Below, in pieces: positions 9,312-19,058 of a stretch of 64,000 bases of DNA. Below the pieces are notes generated by a model. That model was given only the letters and a program-made list of their open reading frames with translations, was not told the origin of the DNA and made no database searches. This stretch comes from Candidatus Aenigmatarchaeota archaeon. GTDB taxonomy: Archaea > Aenigmatarchaeota > Aenigmatarchaeia > Aenigmatarchaeales > JACQIB01. The translations under genes and the position numbers were made by a program. Each line of letters opens with the position of its first letter. Position 1 is the stretch's first letter. Location of the stretch: NCBI GenBank assembly GCA_016198755.1, contig JACQIB010000005.1, forward strand, positions 96,001-160,000, written 5' to 3'.

Positions 9312-10477
9312 TTTAACCTCTCCATTATTGTTTTTGCTGTCGAAGTCATTGAAACTTCAGAACCATGCACTTCCAAATCCAGCCCTAATTCCTTTCCAAC
9401 ATCTCTTAAAAGCTGTAGTCCTTCCCTCTCATAAGGTCCAGAGCGGCGCACAACAATTGGATATTTTGGCTTCACTTCTCTCAGCGCTTCAACAACGCCC
9501 TGCATTGTCTGGTCCACTCTTGTAAAATTTGCAATCGCCCCTACAATCCATAATCCTTTCAAACAAGGCTGGCCCAGAATAGCTTTTGTTAGAGCATATA
9601 CTTTTTCTTTCGGCGGATCTCCTGAAAACTCAGCATAATTCGCCGGATTCCCACCAGCCAGAATCAAAGCATCCATAGCAGCCATGCTTCCTCCGCCTCC
9701 GGCAGCAAGAAAACCAATATCCCCCCCAAGTTCAATAAACTTTACAGAACCTCTATAGTCTGCTTCATCAACCTGCTTAACAGAAAGCTCCCTGTCTGTT
9801 AGTTCCCTTCCAACACCTATCATTCTGGGTGGGTAAACCCTGTCTTTGTGTTTGTAGCCAGCATCATTATCCAGTTCAATTAAGGCTCCAACAGCCACCA
9901 GCTCCCCCTCTTCAGTCAGGGACAATGGATTTATTTCAAGCAGCCTGCAATCCTCCTCCAGAAAGACAGAATAAAGACGCAATGCAAACTCCGATATTTT
10001 AGGTATTAATTCTGAAGGAAACCCTGCATCCACAGCAGCATCCCTTGCCTGCCACTCTTTTAACCCTAACAACTGATCTATTGGCTTCTTTACCAAATTT
10101 CCTTTTGCAAGCTCGACAACATCCACTCCCCCGCGCGTGCTTAATAGGAGAACAGGCAGCTGGGAATCTGTATCATATAGGAAACTAATGTAAAATTCTT
10201 CCTTGGTTTTTGTTTTTCTTTCAAGCAAAACAGATTTTACTTTTTCTTTCAGCACAAGAGAACCCAGCAAACTGTTTGTAAAGTTAACTGCCTCAGCAGA
10301 GTTGGAAAAGGCCTTGATAGCCCCAGCCTTCCCGCGCCCGCCTGAAAGAACCTGAGCTTTAACAACAACATCATCAAATGGCATTTCTGAAACTGCTGAA
10401 GTAGAGAGAATACCTATGGGAACTTTAATCCCGTGCTTTCTCAGCAGCTGTTTACTTTCAAACTCGTATAGTCTCAT
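9308..10477 (-). CDS. ATP-grasp subunit with ATP-citrate-lyase-type citrate-binding domain
   Basis: [27 protein letters not shown]; C-terminal [29 protein letters not shown] resemble AclB rather than SucC (GAGLAM/NFLDVGG). Confidence 0.82.
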   Translation of the reverse strand: MRLYEFESKQLLRKHGIKVPIGILSTSAVSEMPFDDVVVKAQVLSGGRGKAGAIKAFSNSAEAVNFTNSLLGSLVLKEKVKSVLLERKTKTKEEFYISFLYDTDSQLPVLLLSTRGGVDVVELAKGNLVKKPIDQLLGLKEWQARDAAVDAGFPSELIPKISEFALRLYSVFLEEDCRLLEINPLSLTEEGELVAVGALIELDNDAGYKHKDRVYPPRMIGVGRELTDRELSVKQVDEADYRGSVKFIELGGDIGFLAAGGGGSMAAMDALILAGGNPANYAEFSGDPPKEKVYALTKAILGQPCLKGLWIVGAIANFTRVDQTMQGVVEALREVKPKYPIVVRRSGPYEREGLQLLRDVGKELGLDLEVHGSEVSMTSTAKTIMERLK

Positions 10478-12423
10478 TCAACCACCACTAACGCAGGCAG
10501 TTCATTCAAGCTGCGTATCCAGAAGTCAGGGCTTCCCTCTTTGTTTTTACCTATCAAAGCTGTTTTTGCACCAAAAGCATGCGCATCTTTCAAATCCCTT
10601 TCCCAGCTGTTTCCAACCACAAGAACGCGCTCTGGGTTTGTTTTCATCTGAGAAAGGATAATTTTAATATACTCTGGGGAAGGTTTCATTGTGCCCGTTT
10701 TCTCCGGAGTTATTATTGTTTCAAACATATGGAAAACCCTGCTGTTGAAAGCAGAGTTAATCTTCTTCTTTAATTCAGGTAAAAACTCATCGCTTGCTAT
10801 ACAGATATCGCATGAATCTGAGAGTATATCCAAAACATTTTCCACACCCTTCTCAACCTCCAAATCAGCACCAACCTGCTTCCAGAACTGCTCCAACCCC
10901 TTTTCTATAGTTCCTCCATTGACTTTTGTTCCCAGCTTTTCTAATGTAAGGTTAATTGCATGCTCCCTTCTCCTTTTCTCTGGTTCTTTAGAGTCTTTTA
11001 GGCTGGAAACAACTGTTTTCCATGTTCCTTCTATCAAAGCTTCTGGCAAACCTGTGCTTTTGGAAAGTATAATAAACAAATTCTCGTAAGCCTTGTCAGC
11101 ATGTATTTTATATAATGTTCCGTCAGCATCAAAAACAACTGTATCAAACTTTTTTGCAGGTATTTCCCTTTTCTTTTTAATTCCGTTAAACTCTGAGTAA
11201 TAAGTTGTATAGGATTCTATATTTTCCTTAACGAGAGTCATTGGACCTATAACAGTATTACAGCCCACTAAAACCCCTGGCATTATGTTAACTCCGGTCC
11301 CAACTTTAACATTATGCGCAAGCACACAGCCAAAATAACTCAGGCCAGTCCCAACTCTTTTCTCTCTTACTGTAGACTTTATTTCTCCCCTGTCTATCCT
11401 CCTGTTTGCTGTTGTAAAGCCTGTTCCTATCTTGCAATTTCTTCCGAAGACAGAATTGCCAAAATAACCATTGTGTACATGACAACCTTCCTGAAAAATG
11501 CTTCCTGTAACTTCGGCATGAGCACCAACCATTGTATTGTTTTCCAGATTAGAATATCCTCTTACCAGTGTTCCGTTTCCAACAACACAATTCTCTCCTA
11601 TATAACATGGACCCTTTATAATAGCGTTCTCATAAATTATAGCACCCTCGCCAATCCAGACATCTCCTATAATTTTTGCCCCTTCCTCTATTTTTGCTGT
11701 TTCCGCAATCTTCTGCCCACTCAATCTATAATTCATCAAAAGCCTGCAACAAGTCAGCATATCCCACGAATACTTTAGGGAAGGGAGTTGCTGCTCTGTT
11801 ATTATAACACTGCAATCTTTTTCCTTTCCCATTAGGTTTAGAGCTTCTTCAAATGAATATTCCTGTGCGGGAACTTTTTTGTGGAAAGAAAAGAAGTTTT
11901 TTGGCAAAAGGTAAATGCCGCATACCATTACATCTGAAGGAGCTTTGCCGTCTTCAGGTTTTTCTATTGTTTCAATAAACTTGTCTCCATTTAACTTGAA
12001 AAACCCTCCTCTTGATAAGTCCACAGAATGCTTACCAACGAAAACTGCAGCTGCGCCTGTTTCCTTCTTCTTTTCAACCATTTGCTTTACCAAAGAACCG
12101 CAGGTAAAGTGGTTTGCATTAAGTACAAAGAAGTCCCCGTCTATCAGGGATTCAGCCTGCATTAGGGCATCTCCCATTCCCTTTGGTTCTTTTTGCACAA
12201 CAAACTGCAAATCAAAAGAGAATTTCTTTCCTGCAAATTCTTTCTCAGCCCCCCTCTCAGGACCCTGAACAACAACAACTTTATTTAACCCAGCTTCTTC
12301 CAGTTCTATCAATGTCCATTCCAAAAGGCTGCGGCCCATTATTTTGAATAAAGCTTTCTTATGCTTCTCAGAAAGCGGCCAGAATCTTTTTGATTCACCT
12401 GCGGATAAAACAACTGCCTGCAT
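10474..12423 (-). CDS. GlmU-like sugar-1-phosphate nucleotidyltransferase/acetyltransferase fused to a C-terminal HAD hydrolase
   Basis: LSAGESKRFWPL and QKEPKGMGDA; hexapeptide repeats (IIGDVWIGEGAII...); then VVFDADGTL...MKPSPE...VVGNSWERD. Confidence 0.85.
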   Translation of the reverse strand: MQAVVLSAGESKRFWPLSEKHKKALFKIMGRSLLEWTLIELEEAGLNKVVVVQGPERGAEKEFAGKKFSFDLQFVVQKEPKGMGDALMQAESLIDGDFFVLNANHFTCGSLVKQMVEKKKETGAAAVFVGKHSVDLSRGGFFKLNGDKFIETIEKPEDGKAPSDVMVCGIYLLPKNFFSFHKKVPAQEYSFEEALNLMGKEKDCSVIITEQQLPSLKYSWDMLTCCRLLMNYRLSGQKIAETAKIEEGAKIIGDVWIGEGAIIYENAIIKGPCYIGENCVVGNGTLVRGYSNLENNTMVGAHAEVTGSIFQEGCHVHNGYFGNSVFGRNCKIGTGFTTANRRIDRGEIKSTVREKRVGTGLSYFGCVLAHNVKVGTGVNIMPGVLVGCNTVIGPMTLVKENIESYTTYYSEFNGIKKKREIPAKKFDTVVFDADGTLYKIHADKAYENLFIILSKSTGLPEALIEGTWKTVVSSLKDSKEPEKRRREHAINLTLEKLGTKVNGGTIEKGLEQFWKQVGADLEVEKGVENVLDILSDSCDICIASDEFLPELKKKINSAFNSRVFHMFETIITPEKTGTMKPSPEYIKIILSQMKTNPERVLVVGNSWERDLKDAHAFGAKTALIGKNKEGSPDFWIRSLNELPALVVVE

Positions 12424-12424
12424 T

Positions 12425-13393
12425 CTAATCACCAATTACCTCCAGTAAGGCTGCTGCTGTTTCCGCAGGTTTGTGTTTTATTATATGCGGCCAGTCTTTC
12501 ATTCCGCCCCCCCTAACCCTGTCTTTCTTTTGGGCCTCGCCCAGTGGAGTTTTGTCCACCAAATCCTTAACGATAATTTTTATTCCATCTACATTATCTA
12601 TAGTAACTAGGTCCATTCCAGAATTTTTGTAAAATTCCAGCACATCATCTGAAGGAGTGCCATTGTTTGCAATAACAACATCGGGTTTTCTGCCTGCATA
12701 CTTCTCAATCTCAGCACAGTGCATAGATAATGTAAAACCGGATCTGGAGGTAATGTTTGCTACGTATATGATCTTTTTGCCTTTCAGAGATTCTTTTACT
12801 CCTTCAGACAGAAGTATGGGTATTGTGCTTGTGGAAAGGCCGCCAGGAGCCAGCACAACAAAATCAGCATTTTTTATACTTTCTATCACAGCTTCTGTTG
12901 CCTTTGCAGAAGGATCTAAAAAAAGCCTGTCTACTCTGCTGCTATTATCCCTTGTTCCAATCTCCTGCTCCCCTTTCAGTATTTTCCCATCACCAAGCTC
13001 AGCAACAATATCTGTTTTTTCCTCTGAAACGGGCAAAACCTGACCACGTGCGCCAGAGAGCTTGCCCAGTTTTTCCAGTGCAGCTGTAAGGGAGCCCTCT
13101 GTTTTTATTTTTGAAACAAGCATAAGGTTACCTAAAGAAACACCTTTCATCTCACTCTCTGTAAACCTGTAGGATAAAAGCTTTGTAACAGGATTTTCAG
13201 GATCTGCTAAAGCAGCCAAACAGCTGCGTGCATCACCTATTCCTATAATTCCAAACTGCTCCCTTAAAATTCCTGAATGTCCACCGTTGTCTGTTACAGT
13301 AACAACAGCTGTTAAATTATGGGGAGTGTTGCGCAGCCCGCGTAAGAGATGAGCAAGACCGGAGCCGCCACCGAAGAGAACGATTTTCTTCAT
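12425..13393 (-). CDS. YvcK/GlmR (UPF0052, CofD-like) family protein
   Basis: LFGGGSGL, VTVTDNGGHSGILR, GDARSCL, SLGNL, ADFVVLAPGGLSTS. Confidence 0.88.
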   Translation of the reverse strand: MKKIVLFGGGSGLAHLLRGLRNTPHNLTAVVTVTDNGGHSGILREQFGIIGIGDARSCLAALADPENPVTKLLSYRFTESEMKGVSLGNLMLVSKIKTEGSLTAALEKLGKLSGARGQVLPVSEEKTDIVAELGDGKILKGEQEIGTRDNSSRVDRLFLDPSAKATEAVIESIKNADFVVLAPGGLSTSTIPILLSEGVKESLKGKKIIYVANITSRSGFTLSMHCAEIEKYAGRKPDVVIANNGTPSDDVLEFYKNSGMDLVTIDNVDGIKIIVKDLVDKTPLGEAQKKDRVRGGGMKDWPHIIKHKPAETAAALLEVIGD

Positions 13394-13398
13394 TATAA

Positions 13399-14100
13399 TC
13401 ACTCCTCCATTAGCTTTCCAGCCAGCTTCACATCAGCATCCAAAAACTCTTCAATGCTATCAAAGTCCATCCAACCGCTGGAAACCTTAAAGGTTTTTAC
13501 ATACTGCTTTGCAGCAAGCTTGTTAACAGCTTCCACTAAAGACAATTCACCTCCATCTATTGGAACAATGCTTTCTATCTCTTCAAAAATATTTGATTCA
13601 AACCTGTAGAGGGCTGTGTTTATCAGGTTTGTTGGGGGGTTTGCAGGCTTTTCTATTATTGCTTTCAGTTTATCCCCCTCCGTTATAACAACTCCATATT
13701 CATGTGGATTTGAAACCTCTGTAACACCAACAGCTGTCCCAGTTTCTGCAAGAGCTCTCCCTACATCAGCTGTTGAATAAAGGGAATCACCCATAAGGAC
13801 AATGAACGGCTCGCGCCCGACAAACTTTTCAGCTGCTGCAACAGCATGCGCTGTTCCTCTTAGCTCACCCTGTTCTATCAGTGTTATGCCAGAAAAGTTT
13901 TCTTTCTTCAAAAATTCCATTATCTTTTCCTTCTTATACCCAACAACAATGCCAATCTCATCATTCCCTGATTTTTTCAAAGCAGTGACAAGATACCAAA
14001 GAAGCGGCTTCTGGCCTATATTTATCAAAACCTTTGGTATGCTTTCTGTCAGCGGGGCTGCCCTTCTGCCCATCCCTGCTGCCAAAATAACTGCTTTCAT
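13399..14100 (-). CDS. sugar-phosphate nucleotidyltransferase
   Basis: ILAAGMGRR.APLTESIPKVL, GTAHA, MGD, YGVV, IEKP. Confidence 0.88.
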   Translation of the reverse strand: MKAVILAAGMGRRAAPLTESIPKVLINIGQKPLLWYLVTALKKSGNDEIGIVVGYKKEKIMEFLKKENFSGITLIEQGELRGTAHAVAAAEKFVGREPFIVLMGDSLYSTADVGRALAETGTAVGVTEVSNPHEYGVVITEGDKLKAIIEKPANPPTNLINTALYRFESNIFEEIESIVPIDGGELSLVEAVNKLAAKQYVKTFKVSSGWMDFDSIEEFLDADVKLAGKLMEE

Positions 14101-14741
14101 TTCATACCCTCCAATGCTTTTCCTTTATTCAGAAACTCTGTTAGCGATACGAAGACTTCATCAGCTGCAGATAAACCAGAAACATAAGACTTGTTTGGTA
14201 TCGCAACACAATACAAACCTGCGTTCTTCGCATCTCTCACTCCCTTTGCAGAGTCTTCAAGTACAAAGCAGTCTTCAGGCTTTAATTTCATTTTAATTAC
14301 AGCATTTCTATACGCCGCAGTCTTTGTGCCAAAATCTTCTGAGGAATTTATTATAGGGAAGTATACATCCAGACCTGTGCCCTTTAGTATTTTTGCTATT
14401 ATGCCCTTTGAACTATTGGAAACCAAAGCCAATTTTAATCCATTCTTCTGGAGTATCAATAACAACTGTTTATACGCTTTTTTAGTCTTTATTTTTGCAG
14501 GTATGGCATCCAGAACAAGTCTATTATATCGAGATACTATAGCCTCGTCTGAAAGCATTATTTTGTAATCGTTCCTGTATACTTCTATATTTTCAGTAGC
14601 GCTATTCCCTATAAACTTTTTATAATCATCCAACGTTAAATTAAATCCAAGGGTTTTTAAAAATGCCTTCTTGCCTAGCCAGTGGAATTCCTCTGTATCT
14701 GCAATAACTCCATCCATATCGGAAATAAATCCTTTGAACAT
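14097..14741 (-). CDS. HAD-family phosphatase/mutase (beta-PGM/CbbY-like)
   Basis: DMDGVIADTE, VSNS, VLEDSAKGVRDAKNAG. Confidence 0.85.
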   Translation of the reverse strand: MFKGFISDMDGVIADTEEFHWLGKKAFLKTLGFNLTLDDYKKFIGNSATENIEVYRNDYKIMLSDEAIVSRYNRLVLDAIPAKIKTKKAYKQLLLILQKNGLKLALVSNSSKGIIAKILKGTGLDVYFPIINSSEDFGTKTAAYRNAVIKMKLKPEDCFVLEDSAKGVRDAKNAGLYCVAIPNKSYVSGLSAADEVFVSLTEFLNKGKALEGMK

Positions 14742-14742
14742 T

Positions 14743-17700
14743 TTATTTCACCGTCACCGATTTGGCTAAATTTCTTGGAAAGTCAGGATTGCATCCTCTC
14801 ATTATGGCAAGGTGGTAGGCGAGAACCTGCATTGGTATTATCTGGCAGATGGAATTGAAAACTCCCGCATCCCATACTCTTATCCAGTGGTCAAACACCT
14901 CGTTGTTCTTGGGTCCGACTCCGATTATAATTGCTCCACGGGCTTTCAGCTCTGTTGCATTGCTTATAATATCTTTTTCTGTGTCCTCTGAAACAAAAAC
15001 AATACATGGAGTTCCTTTGTCTATCAATGCTATTGTTCCATGTTTCAGCTCCCCCCCAGGATAGGCTTCTGCATGTATATAGGATATCTCTTTTATTTTC
15101 AGCGCTGCTTCCATTGCTGTTGTATACTGCAAACCTCTCCCAATCAGATAGATATGCTCTTTGTCCTTTAGCAGCTCTGCAACCTTTTTTGTATGCTCCC
15201 TTGCAGCTCCTGAGGTTAAGTGGTATAAAATGTAGATAAGGTTCTGAAGTTTTTCTTTCCCGTCATCATATTTGCCTGCAACAGCATATGCCAAAAGGGT
15301 TAGCAGAGCAACCTGTGCAGTAAAGGCTTTGGTGGAAACAACTGAGATTTCTGGACCAGCGTTTGTCATAAGGTAATGGTCTGCCTCCCTCATTATAGTA
15401 GATCCCATAACATTTACAATGGCTACAGTTTCTGCTCCCCTCTCCTTTGCAGCCTTTATTGGAAGGAGGGTATCCATTGTTTCCCCTGACTGGGAAACTG
15501 CTATAACAAGAGTTTTCTCATTTATGAAGTCGGCATAGTTCATGAACTCTGAGCCTGTTATTGTTACTGTATTCATCTTTGCAACTTTTGCGAAAATATA
15601 GTTAGCATGCCTGCATGCATAGGAAGCTGTGCCGCATGCCACAAAAACAACATTCTCAGCTTTTCTTATCAGCTTTGCAATATTCTCAACTTTTTGCCTG
15701 TTTTGAAGTAAAGAACGCTTAACTGTATCCACTTGTTCTAGAATTTCCTTTATTGTAAAGTGATCGAAATTGCCTTTTTTTGCCTGTTCGGGAGACCAGT
15801 CTATTATATCCGGCTTCCTATCTACAACTTCTGCTGTCAGAAGATTTTCCAGCTTAACTCCGCTCTTGTCTATTATTGCCAGTTCATTATCCCTGAAAAA
15901 TAAAACCTTCTTTGTATGGTCTAAAAAAGCAGGTATATCAGAAGCTATAAAATATTCCTTCTCCCCTACACCTATAACAAGCGGGGAGTCCCTGCGCGCA
16001 GCCAGAAGCATTGGATAATCCTTATGGACAGCCAAAATAGCATAGGCTCCGTCTATTGTTTTTACTGTTTCCTTGAAAGCTTTTAGGAAATCCATTCCCA
16101 TATCCATAAAGTACTGGACTGCGAGGGGGATGGTTTCCGTGTCTGTCTGGCTGGCAAATTTGTATCCTTTTGACTGGAGAAAATTGCGCAGCTCCTGGTA
16201 ATTCTCAACTATCCCGTTATGTATAACAGCAATTTTTCCGTCATTTGAAAGGTGTGGGTGGGCATTTTCTTTCGTTACGCCTCCATGAGTTGCCCACCTA
16301 GAGTTGTGACTTATTAAACCATCTGCAACAAAATTTTCTGTCCCTGGAACTTGTAAGTCATAGACATAAGGAACATCGCTGACAAATTTTCTTATTTCAG
16401 TTATTTTTTGAAAAACAACATCGCTATTCAAATATCTACCAAGATCTGACGAGACTTCTATATTTCCTTTTGCCTGCATCAAGCTTAATAATTGAAGAGC
16501 TGATGTTTTTGTTATAAAGGCTTTTCCGTAAAGCGCTTTGCCCTTTATAGCATATTTCTGGTACATTTCTGCTTTTGTAAGCGGGATGGATTTGTAAGAA
16601 TGTGAGTGTCCCTTGATCATTTTAGAAAGTATACGCTCAGCTTTTTGTAGCTTTTCCGTGCTTGTAAAGCCAATGTTTTTTAAGAATCCCTCTACATCAT
16701 CCGCTGTGTTTATGTTTAGTCCATATACTGGACCCCATACTCTTTCATATTTACTGAAGGAAGACAATATTCCGAATCTTAACAAAAGGAGCTTTAGAGC
16801 CTTTATTAAATTTTCATTATTCATTCTAATCATAATTTGCCTGGATTTTGTGTTGCAGGCTGACTCTGCGTCAAACAATCCGCGTATAAAACCTCTTAAC
16901 TCTTCATCTGGTGTTCTGCCAATGAGTGGGGGCAGAGCCTTGCCTCTTCCAGTCTTGCATATTTCAGGAAAGTTGTACCTTATCCAATCGCATAAAAATT
17001 TGCTATTAATTTCTAATAGGAATGCCTCAGCTTCTTTTAACTTAACTATTCTGCTATTTACATTAAACAGTTTTTTTGCAATTTGTGCATATTTTTTCAA
17101 AACATCTTTTCTGGAGTCTTTAAACCTGATACACCTCTCGTGCACATGTCCGTCTCCAACTAAATAACCTAAGAACTGCAAAAGATCTTCACTGGTGGTT
17201 TCAGGCAATATAATATCTTTTCCGTGTATAGAGTAAACTACTAAAAACCTTTCAGGCTGTATGGAACATATTTGAGATAATTTTATCATAAAACTCTCTT
17301 CAAAATTTCTATCCATGCTACAGAAGTGATCTAAAACAGACCTGCTTAAGCCTGCAATAGTTGCAAATTTATCTATTGTAAGATTATTTTGCCTTAAATA
17401 AGACTTGAAGAGCTCTACAACATCTTTATCATATTTGTAATATCTCTTTAGTGGAACCGTACTTAGATGTTGCGTTTTCCCCTCTATAGTTATTCTAGAT
17501 GGGCATATTAAAATATCTCCGGTGGATAACTCACTTACATGCTTTACAGAAATTTTGCCACTATTTGCAACAAACATCCTGTGCTCTCCAGTACAGACTA
17601 AAGTATTTGCTGGGGTTTTTATCTCAAAAAGCTCATGAGGACTTTCGTGTCTCATTGCATAACAGCTTCTGGTTTTAAGCTTTAGAGTGTCAAAATCTAA

Positions 17701-18000
17701 TGTCATAACTTCTTTATAATCCATTATATCTTCTATTTTGCAGACTGTACCGTCGGCCAGCTGTATATAACTGTTAGGATGTAAGCAGTGGGCAAATGCA
17801 ATCTTTCCCTCAAACTTCTGGGCATCAAAGCCTGAAAAAACCTGATTTACCTTCCCAACATCCTTGTGAACAAGAACTCCGGAACCGTTTACAATAGCTA
17901 CCCCAGCAGAGTCATACCCCCTGTATTCCAGCTTTTTTATTCCATCCAAAACTATTTCCGTCCCGTTTCTCTCCCCAAAATATCCTATTATTCCGCACAT
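14743..18000 (-). CDS. glmS: glutamine--fructose-6-phosphate aminotransferase, intein-containing
   Basis: MCGIIG, LEYRGYDSAG, RWATHG, SQSGET, ELKHG, PRNLAKSVTVK. Confidence 0.97.
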   Translation of the reverse strand: MCGIIGYFGERNGTEIVLDGIKKLEYRGYDSAGVAIVNGSGVLVHKDVGKVNQVFSGFDAQKFEGKIAFAHCLHPNSYIQLADGTVCKIEDIMDYKEVMTLDFDTLKLKTRSCYAMRHESPHELFEIKTPANTLVCTGEHRMFVANSGKISVKHVSELSTGDILICPSRITIEGKTQHLSTVPLKRYYKYDKDVVELFKSYLRQNNLTIDKFATIAGLSRSVLDHFCSMDRNFEESFMIKLSQICSIQPERFLVVYSIHGKDIILPETTSEDLLQFLGYLVGDGHVHERCIRFKDSRKDVLKKYAQIAKKLFNVNSRIVKLKEAEAFLLEINSKFLCDWIRYNFPEICKTGRGKALPPLIGRTPDEELRGFIRGLFDAESACNTKSRQIMIRMNNENLIKALKLLLLRFGILSSFSKYERVWGPVYGLNINTADDVEGFLKNIGFTSTEKLQKAERILSKMIKGHSHSYKSIPLTKAEMYQKYAIKGKALYGKAFITKTSALQLLSLMQAKGNIEVSSDLGRYLNSDVVFQKITEIRKFVSDVPYVYDLQVPGTENFVADGLISHNSRWATHGGVTKENAHPHLSNDGKIAVIHNGIVENYQELRNFLQSKGYKFASQTDTETIPLAVQYFMDMGMDFLKAFKETVKTIDGAYAILAVHKDYPMLLAARRDSPLVIGVGEKEYFIASDIPAFLDHTKKVLFFRDNELAIIDKSGVKLENLLTAEVVDRKPDIIDWSPEQAKKGNFDHFTIKEILEQVDTVKRSLLQNRQKVENIAKLIRKAENVVFVACGTASYACRHANYIFAKVAKMNTVTITGSEFMNYADFINEKTLVIAVSQSGETMDTLLPIKAAKERGAETVAIVNVMGSTIMREADHYLMTNAGPEISVVSTKAFTAQVALLTLLAYAVAGKYDDGKEKLQNLIYILYHLTSGAAREHTKKVAELLKDKEHIYLIGRGLQYTTAMEAALKIKEISYIHAEAYPGGELKHGTIALIDKGTPCIVFVSEDTEKDIISNATELKARGAIIIGVGPKNNEVFDHWIRVWDAGVFNSICQIIPMQVLAYHLAIMRGCNPDFPRNLAKSVTVK
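16303..17787 (-). mobile_element. intein (495 aa) with LAGLIDADG homing endonuclease in glmS
   Basis: Junctions FAH|CLHPNS and VYDLQV..NFVADGLISHN|SRW; LAGLIDADG motifs FLGYLVGDG and FIRGLFDAES. Confidence 0.95.
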
Positions 18001-18060
18001 GCTTCTCCCTTAATCCCCTTTATTTAAACCCTTACTGAATCATAGGTACAAAAGAGACTT

Positions 18061-18124
18061 TATCTTTTAGATAAGTAAGCTATTTAAAGCCCTATTAAAA
18101 ATATTATAATAGCACTAAAAGATA
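18061..18124. promoter_or_regulatory. 10-bp inverted repeat pair in the divergent glmS/regulator promoter
   Basis: TATCTTTTAG (18061-18070) and CTAAAAGATA (18115-18124) flank TATA-like sequences. Confidence 0.45.
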
Positions 18125-18139
18125 GTTTGTAGTGGTTGT

Positions 18140-19051
18140 ATGGCAAGGATTTTTGAGACAGTGAAGGGTGAAACGCTTGGTCAGAGCGCTAAGTTACTGC
18201 AGCCCAGCCAAATAAAGCCTGCTTTATCCCAGCTTTCTTGGAAAATTTTGAAAAGCTTGGCTGAAAGGAGTTCATATCCAAAAGCTGTTGCAAGATCTCT
18301 GGGGGAGAATGAACAGAAAGTATATTACCATATACGCAGGCTGGAAAAAGCTGGCTTAATCAGGATTGAAAGCAGGATAGAGAGGGGTGGTGGTGTAGCA
18401 AAAATATACTCTATAACAGCGCCTGCGTTTGCTTTGATTCTAAAACCGCTTGAACCTGTCTCAGCCGGAATAAAGGAAACTCCTGAAGTCTTGGAGCCTT
18501 TTGTGCAGAATGAAAAACTAAACTGCAAAATTATTGTAGCCAGCCCTGAGCCTCATGGGTATACTGGAGGGAGGGGGAAGGACGCGCCTGTTTCAACAGA
18601 GCTTGGATTATTCTTGGGGCAGTTTGTCAATAGCTTTCCACCGCGCTCTGTTTTATTTGATGCTGAAGCGCATGAAAATATTTTAAAACAAAATATTATT
18701 GTTATTGCAGGGCCTGGAGTTAACTCTGTTACTTTTAAGGCAAACAAAAAGCTTCCAATAAGGTTTGAGGGAAAGGGGGAATTTTTCACATCCCTGTTTT
18801 CAACTGCAACAGGGAAAAAGTACGCAGATGAAAGCTGCGGAGTTGTTTTGAAAATAAAAAATCCTTTCAATCCTGCAGCAGAGCTTATTCTTTTAGCTGG
18901 ACGCAGAGCAGCTGGAACGCGCGCTGCGATTGTTGCCTTTACTCAGAAGCTGGAGTATATTTCTGGTGGAAAAAAGCACTGGGCACATGTTGTTAAAGGA
19001 TTTGATACAAACAGGGATGGTTTTGTGGATGATGTGAAAGTGCTGGAGTAA
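18140..19051 (+). CDS. ArsR-like winged-helix regulator with C-terminal alpha/beta domain
   Basis: WKILKSL..SYPKAVARSLGENEQKVYYHIRRLEKAGLI HTH; C-terminal NIIVIAGPGVN...LLAG domain; divergent from the glmS operon. Confidence 0.8.
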   Translation: MARIFETVKGETLGQSAKLLQPSQIKPALSQLSWKILKSLAERSSYPKAVARSLGENEQKVYYHIRRLEKAGLIRIESRIERGGGVAKIYSITAPAFALILKPLEPVSAGIKETPEVLEPFVQNEKLNCKIIVASPEPHGYTGGRGKDAPVSTELGLFLGQFVNSFPPRSVLFDAEAHENILKQNIIVIAGPGVNSVTFKANKKLPIRFEGKGEFFTSLFSTATGKKYADESCGVVLKIKNPFNPAAELILLAGRRAAGTRAAIVAFTQKLEYISGGKKHWAHVVKGFDTNRDGFVDDVKVLE

Positions 19052-19058
19052 AACTGCT

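Noticed and set aside
7662-10477. Reverse TCA carbon fixation
   Set aside because: No other rTCA genes in the window; the context is amino-sugar biosynthesis.
18001-18139. glmS ribozyme upstream of glmS
   Set aside because: Short AT-rich intergenic region without the conserved ribozyme core.
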